A stretch of 58,423 bases of DNA, taken from Candidatus Poseidoniaceae archaeon (GTDB lineage: Archaea; Thermoplasmatota; Poseidoniia; Poseidoniales; Poseidoniaceae). Below are positions 19,006 through 27,600 of the stretch, in pieces. A program made the translations under genes and the position numbers. The notes below the pieces were generated by a model. It saw nothing but the letters and a program-made list of their open reading frames with translations, searched no databases and was not told where the DNA came from. The DNA is taken from NCBI GenBank assembly GCA_965662715.1, contig CBFIIS010000003.1:1-58423 (forward strand), in the 5' to 3' direction. Position 1 is the stretch's first letter. Each line of letters starts with the position of its first letter.

Positions 19006-20403
19006 TCACGCTTCGGGCAATTCCAATTCCACAGCGAACAGTGGATCTGGATCTGTTGAATCGTGATAGGCAACAACAACACCGCCGTCGTTAAGGATGG
19101 CGAGGGATGCAAAATCAAAACGAATGTCATTTCCAGCACCTGAGGTCGAGTCGAGGTCGCCTTGACCGATGTAGGTTAATGTGTCTGGAGCCATACTTTC
19201 GCTGTAGTCTCGAACATGGAACACGGTGTCGACATCTGGCCCTTCGCTGCTTTGGTACCTGACGTTGAGGATGAATAGGTCCTGCTCGCCGTTTGCTTGG
19301 AATTCCCATTCCTCAATCTGTGTGGCCATGCTCCCCATTTCGTAGGTTTGGTTGGTCCAAGTTTGCGCTCCATCCATCGACATGTAATGGGTGAATGATG
19401 TGCCACTGTTGGCAACGCAATGGAGCGCTCCTGTGCGGTCAATCTGGCAATACTCTGATGGGAATTGGACTTCGAGTTCATTCCAAGAAAGCGTAGTGTC
19501 CATGAAAGCAGCGTTTCCGTTATCGAAATAACTCGGGAAGAGTAATCCGCCGCTTGGTACAGGGAAGGCTCTCATTTCCTTGTGAGGTTTGTTGACGTCC
19601 CAGTAGGCTGGAAGGTCAGCATCAGTGAAGTCCAGATCCAGCTCAATGGAGGGTTCTCCACCATCACGGCCAGGGAATTGGAAGGGGTAGTAATTCAGGC
19701 CATCAACACTGATTTGGCCACCTGCGTTTTGGGTTTGGTGCCAGAAATTTGAGACCACAACGCTTGCCCATTCCCCGTTCCCAAGGCTGGATGAGATTGG
19801 TCCAATGACTTCAACTTGCCAAGAACGATCGTAGAAGGGTTCAGTGATCCTGTTGTAACACCATTTCCATTCCCCTTCAGATTCGTCATAGAGAATGGCG
19901 TAGAATTTGTCGATTTTCAGGTCAGCGCCTAGGTATGGGAACCACGACATGGAAATGATGTCCCCATTGGTGGCTTGGACGATGCTTCCTTCTCCAAGCC
20001 CCTCTTGCCCTTCGTTGGTCGGAACGAATGTTCGACATTGAGTGTCAGGGATGAACCCCGGAATGTAGGTATCCCATGTGTGCGCTCTGTCTGCAGAATA
20101 CACAGGATATTCTCCTCCAATGTTCATGATTTGCCCCTCGATTGAGGTTGCAATGTAATGCTCACAGCAATTGCCTCCCTTGGTTTTGTCAAACACCGCC
20201 CATGATGTATTGGTGGTTTGGTTGGTTGCCAAATCCACAGTCATAAACATCCGAACGTCTTCATGGGGCATCGAATCAATCATCGTGTAAGTTGACCAGA
20301 TTGGCTCCTGTTGTTCTTCGGTGATGATCGCTTCCCCGTCACCAAAACAACCTGCCAAGACCATGGAGGTCATCAGCAACATGCTCAGCACGACTCGACG
20401 CAT
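19006..20403 (-). CDS. Lipoprotein of unknown function, possible beta-propeller (sialidase/BNR-like)
   Basis: Lipobox LAGC; Asp-box-like SADRAHTW, SVDGLNY, SMDGAQTW. Confidence 0.7.
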   Translation of the reverse strand: MRRVVLSMLLMTSMVLAGCFGDGEAIITEEQQEPIWSTYTMIDSMPHEDVRMFMTVDLATNQTTNTSWAVFDKTKGGNCCEHYIATSIEGQIMNIGGEYPVYSADRAHTWDTYIPGFIPDTQCRTFVPTNEGQEGLGEGSIVQATNGDIISMSWFPYLGADLKIDKFYAILYDESEGEWKWCYNRITEPFYDRSWQVEVIGPISSSLGNGEWASVVVSNFWHQTQNAGGQISVDGLNYYPFQFPGRDGGEPSIELDLDFTDADLPAYWDVNKPHKEMRAFPVPSGGLLFPSYFDNGNAAFMDTTLSWNELEVQFPSEYCQIDRTGALHCVANSGTSFTHYMSMDGAQTWTNQTYEMGSMATQIEEWEFQANGEQDLFILNVRYQSSEGPDVDTVFHVRDYSESMAPDTLTYIGQGDLDSTSGAGNDIRFDFASLAILNDGGVVVAYHDSTDPDPLFAVELELPEA

Positions 20404-20426
20404 GACACTGGCTCACTGGGGTTCGA

Positions 20427-20432
20427 TTTGAA
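20427..20432 (-). promoter_or_regulatory. Putative TATA-position element TTCAAA
   Basis: 23 nt before ATG 20403. Confidence 0.55.
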
Positions 20433-20454
20433 GTCGTCGCTTGGGAATGCTGGC

Positions 20455-21219
20455 TCAAATACTTGGTTCATCGAAGTAAGATCTCAGTGTTTTGAGGCCT
20501 TGGGCCGTATGGCTTCCAAACCATGTCAAAGCCTCGCCATCAATGCATTTACACCATATGTTTTGACCACCATTTTCAACAACCTGAGCCACAATATCCT
20601 CGCCTTCAGCAAGGGCAAATGGGTGTGGTTCACTGGACAGCAGTAACCCCTCTATTTTGTGTTCAATGAGAGCCTCGATGGTAACCACAGGGTAGCCGTT
20701 GCCTCCTTCGACCAGCGCTGGCACTGCGAAGCCGAGTGTCGTGAGCACCCCACCAGCGTACTTTTCTGGCCCTACCGACATCAATGGCTTGTGCCAGATC
20801 ATTGGTGTGATCCTCGAGGGTGCCAGTGGGCTCTCCGCTATTTCATCCAAAAGCGATTCAAGTTCAGAGGCAAATTCTTCTGCTTTTTCCTGCCTTCTGA
20901 TGATCGTTCCGAGTTCCCTCAACATCTTCGGAACCTCCTTTGGATGTTCGACCGATGACACATAGACCTCTATCCCAGCGTCGAGTAAGGCATCATAGAT
21001 CTCCTTTGGATTCTCCTCTCGATCAAGCACAACAAGGTCAGGCTTTGCTGATAGGATCTTGTTCAGGTTGGGAGTTTTCGTACCACCGACAACCGGCACT
21101 GAAGCGACCTTCTCAGCTGGATGTATGCACCATGGCGTTCGTCCCACGACTTCCTCTTGGTCACAACCCAGGTCGAAAAGCGTGAGTGTCAAACTTGGTA
21201 CAAGGGAGACAATCCTCAT
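20455..21219 (-). CDS. Helical-backbone metal/cobalamin-binding protein (BtuF/TroA-like) without signal peptide
   Basis: MRIVSLVPSLT, VGRTPWCIHP, VGGTKTP, PDLVVLDREEN, LSSEPHPF, IDGEALTWFG. Confidence 0.85.
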   Translation of the reverse strand: MRIVSLVPSLTLTLFDLGCDQEEVVGRTPWCIHPAEKVASVPVVGGTKTPNLNKILSAKPDLVVLDREENPKEIYDALLDAGIEVYVSSVEHPKEVPKMLRELGTIIRRQEKAEEFASELESLLDEIAESPLAPSRITPMIWHKPLMSVGPEKYAGGVLTTLGFAVPALVEGGNGYPVVTIEALIEHKIEGLLLSSEPHPFALAEGEDIVAQVVENGGQNIWCKCIDGEALTWFGSHTAQGLKTLRSYFDEPSI

Positions 21220-21231
21220 GATGGCCCAACC

Positions 21232-24200
21232 TCATGCAACAGTGAACCATACCGTGGTACCGTCGACTTCGAAGGACTCACTTTGTTCTGAAGGTGAAGC
21301 ATTCTCAGGGTGGAAGACCACACCAGCAGCACGTGTTTCGTTCACAATCCACTGTTGATCATCAGCGAATAACTCCGGGGCATCTTTCATCCAAATTTCG
21401 AGGTCGATGGTGGCTTCAATTTCCAAATTGAGCGTTTTTCGCATTGCTTGAATTCTACGGGTGATGTCTCGTGCCAGTCCCTTTGAGAGCAACTCTGGCG
21501 TGTCGTTCATGTCCAATACAAGACTGATCTGAGCAGCATCTTCGCCTGCACCGGCTTGAACAGTCGAGGCCGCAAAGCCTGGTTTTTCGACTCGTCTCAC
21601 TTCGACATCGCTCAATTCAATGTGCACTCCCATAATTTCACAGTTACCTGCTTGAATCGAGGCGAGCAATGCTTCAGGGTCTTCACTGGATTTGATCTCA
21701 GTCGCAATTGCGTTGACATCAGCCCTTGCCTTCGGTGCGAGTGCCCTGAAGTTTGGTGCTAATTCGATGCGTTGGAAACGGTCAAGGTCTTCTTCAACAT
21801 TGATGGTTTCTACGTTCAATTCTTCGGCGAGAATTCCATGGAACTCTTCCAAATCAGGTCCGGCTACAATCCATCCTTGTGCGCATGGAAGCCGTTGACG
21901 TCGAGCGGCATCCACTCGAATTCTGCGTCCAACTTCAGCTAGTTCTCTTACCAGTGCCATCGAGGCTTCCAAATCGAGGTCCTGTGGTGGGAGGTTTGCG
22001 GTTGCAGCAGCAGCTTCGTGATCCCAATCATCTGCGGTTGCCCCTTCGAGAAGACCGGGTGTGCCGAGTGGCCAGGCTGCTTGATGGACAGTTTCTCCTG
22101 TGAGGTTTCGATGAATGATATCGACCATGAAAGGTGCCACTGGTGCCATCAATTTACACACGGTTGTCAGCACTTCGTGTAGGGTGTGTTGGCAAGCAAG
22201 TTTGTCATCAGACTCAGCATCGTCCCAAAGCCTTCGACGGCTTCGACGCACGTACCAGTTTGAGAGATCATTTACGACAAAGTCTTCCAAGTCTCGGCAC
22301 GCCTTGTGGTAGTTCCAACCTACGAAATCTTGGTGATAGGACCTTGCGGTGCTTGCAAGGCGTGAGAGAATCCAGCGATCAAGCGTTGGTCGTTGTTCGA
22401 CATTTGACGATGATTTTTCTGGGTCAAAGCCATCCAAAGCAGCATAGTCTGCATGGAATTTGTAGATGTTCCAAAGGGTCAGGAACATCTTGGCGTATGT
22501 TTCCCTCACACCATTAGGATCGAATTTCATCGGATTCCAAGGCGCTCCAGCAGTGACCATGTACCATCGAGTTGCATCAGCACCTTCTCGGTTGAAGTGA
22601 TCCCAAGGGTCAACGATGTTCCCCTTTGATTTCGACATTTTCTTTCCTTCCGCATCGAGGATTAAGCCAAGACTCAAGCAGCGCTTGTAGGCGGGCTTGT
22701 CGAACACTGTGGTCGATACTGCAAGCAAGGTGTAGAACCAGCCACGGGTTTGGTCGACACCTTCACAGATGTAATCGACCGGGAAGGATGCATCAAACGT
22801 CTCGCCTCCGTCAAATGGATGGTGCCACTGAGCAAACGGTGCACAACCGGAATCGAACCAGCAGTCCATGACGAATGTCTCTCGTGTCATTTGATTGCCT
22901 TGTTCATCGATGAGGATGAACGCGTCAACCACTGGTCGATGCAAATCAACATCGTCTGGACACGGCGGATTATCGAAGCCAGCAGCGTTCGCTTTGGCAA
23001 CTTCTTTTTGCAATTCTTCAATCGAGCCAATGCATTTCATTTGACCGCTTTCGCTTCGCCAAACAGGAAGAGGTGTACCCCAGTATCGCTCTCGTGAAAT
23101 CGCCCAATCTTTGACATTGCGCAACCATTCACCAAACCGACCTTCGCCAACCCAATCAGGGGCCCATTCGACGCTATCATTGAATTCCAACAATCGTTCT
23201 TTGACCGCAGTCATTCGAACAAACCAAGAATCCATGGCGTAGTACAGGAGGGGGTGACCGGTTCGCCAGCAGTGAGGATAATCGTGCAGGTAGGCTTTTT
23301 CTCGGTACAACAGCCCACTTGCAGGTCCCTTCTGATTGCTACCGCCTTCAGCAGAGAGCAGTTCAATGATCGTTTGGTCGCAATCCTTGACGTAGCGCCC
23401 GTCAAGTTCGGCATGCGTTCCCTCGATGAATGCCCCGTCCATACCAACGGTGTGGTAAGCGGGAAGTCCGGCTGCCATGCCCAGGTTGTAATCGTCTTCA
23501 CCATACATGACTGCAGTGTGAACAACACCGGTACCATCTGTGGTGGTGACCCAATCCGCTTCGAGGACAGTCCATGCAGTTTCGGAACCATTTCGAGGTA
23601 CTGCGCCGGGGAAAAGTGGTTCATATGAACGGCCAACAAGTTCGGAGCCAGTGAATTCTTCGATGACTTCTACATTGTGTCGCAGGACCTCTTTCATCAG
23701 GTCTTTTGCAAGAATAACAACTTCGCCAACATCTGCACCGCCCGGTCCAGTCCATTGTTCTGCAGCCTCTGTCACCCGTGCCCGCACATAGGTAACATCG
23801 GGCCCAACGGCGAGACCTACATTGCCTGGGAGTGTCCAAGGCGTTGTTGTCCATGCAAGGATGCTTGCATCTTCATCAGTGAGTTTGAATTTGACATAGA
23901 CCGAGGGCTCCTCGACTTCTTTGTAGCCGAGGGCGACTTCGTGGCTGGAATACGATGTTCCGGTTTGCGGGCAGTATGGCAACACTTTGTGGCCTCGATA
24001 GAGAAGACCCTTGTCGAACATTTGCTTCAATGCCCACCAACACGATTCCACATAGGAATTTTCGAGCGTCACATAGGGGTTGTCGAGATCGACCCAGTAC
24101 GCCATTCGCTCAGTCATTTCTCTCCATGCCGATTCATAGGTCCAAACCGATTCACGGCATGCTTGATTGAAGTTACCCATTCCATAGGCTTCAATCGCCT

Positions 24201-24519
24201 CGTTTGACATGAGATCCATTCTCTTCTGCACTTCAATTTCGACAGGCAATCCATGGGTGTCCCACCCACCCTTTCGCTTGACTTGGAACCCTTCCATTGT
24301 CTTCCATCGGCAGACGAGGTCCTTGTATGCACGAGCAACGACGTGGTGAATGCCTGGTTTTCCGTTGGCAGTAGGCGGGCCTTCAAGGAAGATGAACGGT
24401 GCACCATTGGAGCGAGAATCGATCGATGCTTGAAAGGCGTGTTCTTTTTTCCATGCCTCCAGCAAAGCCGTCTCGAGAGCAACAGCATTGAGTTCGCCTG
24501 CAGCATTGGGCTGAGCCAT
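21232..24519 (-). CDS. ileS: Isoleucine--tRNA ligase (type 2)
   Basis: EGPPTANG, GIHH, GWDTHGLPVE, WTTTPWTLP, GTGVVH, DWAISRERYWGTPLP, DQTRGWFY, KMSKS; start set at MAQPN (24519). Confidence 0.97.
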   Translation of the reverse strand: MAQPNAAGELNAVALETALLEAWKKEHAFQASIDSRSNGAPFIFLEGPPTANGKPGIHHVVARAYKDLVCRWKTMEGFQVKRKGGWDTHGLPVEIEVQKRMDLMSNEAIEAYGMGNFNQACRESVWTYESAWREMTERMAYWVDLDNPYVTLENSYVESCWWALKQMFDKGLLYRGHKVLPYCPQTGTSYSSHEVALGYKEVEEPSVYVKFKLTDEDASILAWTTTPWTLPGNVGLAVGPDVTYVRARVTEAAEQWTGPGGADVGEVVILAKDLMKEVLRHNVEVIEEFTGSELVGRSYEPLFPGAVPRNGSETAWTVLEADWVTTTDGTGVVHTAVMYGEDDYNLGMAAGLPAYHTVGMDGAFIEGTHAELDGRYVKDCDQTIIELLSAEGGSNQKGPASGLLYREKAYLHDYPHCWRTGHPLLYYAMDSWFVRMTAVKERLLEFNDSVEWAPDWVGEGRFGEWLRNVKDWAISRERYWGTPLPVWRSESGQMKCIGSIEELQKEVAKANAAGFDNPPCPDDVDLHRPVVDAFILIDEQGNQMTRETFVMDCWFDSGCAPFAQWHHPFDGGETFDASFPVDYICEGVDQTRGWFYTLLAVSTTVFDKPAYKRCLSLGLILDAEGKKMSKSKGNIVDPWDHFNREGADATRWYMVTAGAPWNPMKFDPNGVRETYAKMFLTLWNIYKFHADYAALDGFDPEKSSSNVEQRPTLDRWILSRLASTARSYHQDFVGWNYHKACRDLEDFVVNDLSNWYVRRSRRRLWDDAESDDKLACQHTLHEVLTTVCKLMAPVAPFMVDIIHRNLTGETVHQAAWPLGTPGLLEGATADDWDHEAAAATANLPPQDLDLEASMALVRELAEVGRRIRVDAARRQRLPCAQGWIVAGPDLEEFHGILAEELNVETINVEEDLDRFQRIELAPNFRALAPKARADVNAIATEIKSSEDPEALLASIQAGNCEIMGVHIELSDVEVRRVEKPGFAASTVQAGAGEDAAQISLVLDMNDTPELLSKGLARDITRRIQAMRKTLNLEIEATIDLEIWMKDAPELFADDQQWIVNETRAAGVVFHPENASPSEQSESFEVDGTTVWFTVA

Positions 24520-24542
24520 GCTTCGCCCAACCGTGATATTGT

Positions 24543-24548
24543 CTTGAA
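24543..24548 (-). promoter_or_regulatory. Putative ileS promoter element TTCAAG
   Basis: 23 nt before ATG 24519. Confidence 0.55.
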
Positions 24549-24651
24549 CCTCACCCATGGGCAGGGACCAAAAAATGAACATTTCAATGATATCATTTTT
24601 CCTCAAATTGCCCCAATAGACAGTTTTTGGCATAGTAGCGAAGGGGTATCA

Positions 24652-24665
24652 TTCAAGTTCTTGAA
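24652..24665. promoter_or_regulatory. Palindrome TTCAAG-TT-CTTGAA; left arm is the promoter hexamer of the 1723-aa gene
   Basis: 6-2-6 inverted repeat; the left arm ends 23 nt before ATG 24681. Confidence 0.55.
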
Positions 24666-24680
24666 CGCACAGCAAGAAGC

Positions 24681-27600
24681 ATGGCGGGTGCGTCTGGTTT
24701 GAAAACGGCGTTGTTTCTCGGCGTTTTGATGGTCCTTGGCGGGCCACTCAACACCATGGTGATGCATCATGATGATGCCCCTGAACACATCGAATTATCC
24801 GATCATATCGTGGCCCAAGCGATTGCAGGTGAAAATTCAACATTCCTCCTTCCAGGCAACGATGTCGCATCAACTTCATTCACCTTGGATGTTCCCAGTG
24901 ACGCTCCAATTACCAACGTCCATCTTTCGATGGAACCATCAGTTCAACCAACACAGACAGGATTCACATGGGATAGCAATGCGGTTTGGTCAGCATCATC
25001 AGCAGTCCACAACGGTACCTTTGGTTCTGATGATGTACTGACTGGTGATGGTGGTGGCACCCTTTGGGATTTCAATACCAATGCAGGAGGTTGGACTTTT
25101 TCAAATTCATACTCCGCTCGAGTGACTTCACCGGCATGTGGAATTAATGGAACGACAGGTGGATCTCTTCGAACCTACGCCGGCTCAACATATGCAACCT
25201 CTCCAGTCATCGACTTTTCGGGAGTTTCTGCAATGCCTTTCCACGCTTGGGTCCACGAGGGTAGGAGCGGATGTGGAGAAACACCCGACGGTGGTGAAGA
25301 CTTGCAATTCCAGTACAAGACCGCCAGCGGTACATGGACGACCTTCAACACCTTCGCGGGTGGTGGTTCTCAAACCAGCAATTTCCAGTACATGACAAAC
25401 CTTCCACCAGCAGCCCTGCACACCACTTCACAGGTACGAATACACCAAACCTCTGGTTCAAGCACATGTTGCGATTATTGGTTTGTTGACGATGTGCATT
25501 TCGCTACACCTCCTTCCGCAGATTGGACCAGTCCCACGATTGGTTTCGGAGCTTCAGATTTCCAGAAAGTCAATGCTGGCCCATGGGCACCATTGTACCT
25601 CGATGCGGCTGTTCCAGCCGGCGGTCAATTGAACTGGACCATCCTTGATGGCGGGACAAATCAACCAATTGAGGGCTTCCACGGGTCTGGTGCTGGTTGG
25701 ATTCCGACCAATGCTCTGGATTGGACTCAACACACTTCAATCAAAGTTCACTTCTACCTCGAACCGGCACCCGACGGTCGAATGGCATCGATTTACTCAC
25801 TCAGCGGCGATGGGTTGTATGCCTCTCAATTCCAACAAGATCCAACTGAACTTGGTTGGACGCTTGGAGGCAATGCCTACTATGCGCCTTTTGCTCCTGA
25901 GCACCCGAATACACCACCAAGCGTCAATGGCAGCGACGGTGATACCTTGCTTTCACCATGGTTGTCCACCTCTGGCGCGGTTGCCAGTGCCATGGTCACA
26001 GCAGAGCACAGTAATGCAAACATATCCATCAGGTATGCAGAAAACGAGCCATGGGCTCAAATTTCTGAACCTTTCAGTGTGAATCTTGCTCAGGCAGAAG
26101 GCACAACTGGTCGAATCCAAGTGCAATTTTCTACTGACTATTCACTCGCAACTTCGAATGGCTCGACAAACAGTACGAACACGACAACGCCAGAATGGTC
26201 GGTCTCAGGACTTGAATTGGGCTTGATGGCAGGTCTTCAACCCGCCACGCCATCGATTGATTTCGAAGGTGATGGCATCTTCGAATGGGGCGGTAGCGAT
26301 GCACGTGTAGGTTCGTGGGGCATGCAGGACCGCTTCGAAAACGGTCAGACCAGCATGGCTGTCAATCCAGGTATATCGGGCTACGCTACAGGTAAGGCGT
26401 GGGTTCCAGTCACCGACCTTTCTTCCTTCAGCTTCTCAGCAGTCTCATACAATGGTAATCTCGATGGGGTCTTGCTCCGTGTTGGCAATGATGAAATTGC
26501 AAATTGGAGCCTCAATGGTTCCGCATACCTTGCCCTTGATTCAAACCAACTTGATCTGTTCACAACAACACTCGCCAGTCAGACATCAACGGTGGGCGCT
26601 CTTGGTACTTCATTCGCAGAGGTGACGTTCGAAATCACAGGCACAGGTGATGTGACCCTCGGAGGGTTAGCCATCCCCTATGCCACTGGCACGTCAATTG
26701 ATGCCGGTTCAGACTCATCTTTTGTCTTGGCATTGAACACCATTCGCTTCGGCCTTACACCAAGCAATGGGCTGCACCAAATCACAGTTCCATTCTCCTC
26801 ATCAACGCCAGGAGGCCTCCATGTGGCTGTTGAGGGCATGAACACCTCGTCAGCTGTACAAATGGTAGGAACTGAGATGCTCATCGATGATCCAGTGCTC
26901 ACACCAAGCCAACGTTGGCAAACCATGAACACGACATACAATCTGTACGGTTCCTCTGCCTCCCTTGCACGATTGGACGTCACGGATGGTACAACCACTG
27001 GAACATGGTTGCTACCGATGAGTGGCTCCACGCCGGTGGGCATAGGCAGCTTTGAGCACATCGAACTTCATCCAGATTCACCGCTTGTGGTGATTGAAAA
27101 TGGCGTGGAAACCACCATCAGCATCACCTTCAGAATTGAACCGACATGGGACGATGCAGAGCAACTTAGGGTCACATCCCGATTGGTGCTTACCAACACA
27201 GTGATTTCCATTCCTTCAGTGCATGTTTGGGGTGGTCCAGGCGTCCAAGGGTATGAAAACGACCTCGAAATTCAAGATGTTGTCTTCACTGATGTGGACA
27301 ATGGACGCACCCTCAATTCAGCAGATTATTACCTCAAAGCCGGCATTGATGTGGCGTTTTCCGCTCGGATCGGATTTGAAGGCCTGAACACGATTGATGC
27401 CTTTGCAGACGGCGACGCTTTGCTCAGCCTTTACCGAGGCGAAACAATGGTCGCCAACACCACTTCACTCGCTGACAATTTTTGGAATTACACCGATACT
27501 GTACCATTTACATTTGGAGAATTGACTTGGAGGCTTGAGATCACTTCAATCAACGGTTCAGGGCTGACTGAGGACGCCGTGTTTGAACGCACATTCCACA

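Noticed and set aside
24520-24633. N-terminal extension of ileS in the ORF track (similar extensions at 14574, 14512, 31536, 34817, 45997, 57144)
   Set aside because: Extensions look non-protein-like or overlap neighbours; downstream starts fit family N-termini and promoter/SD spacing
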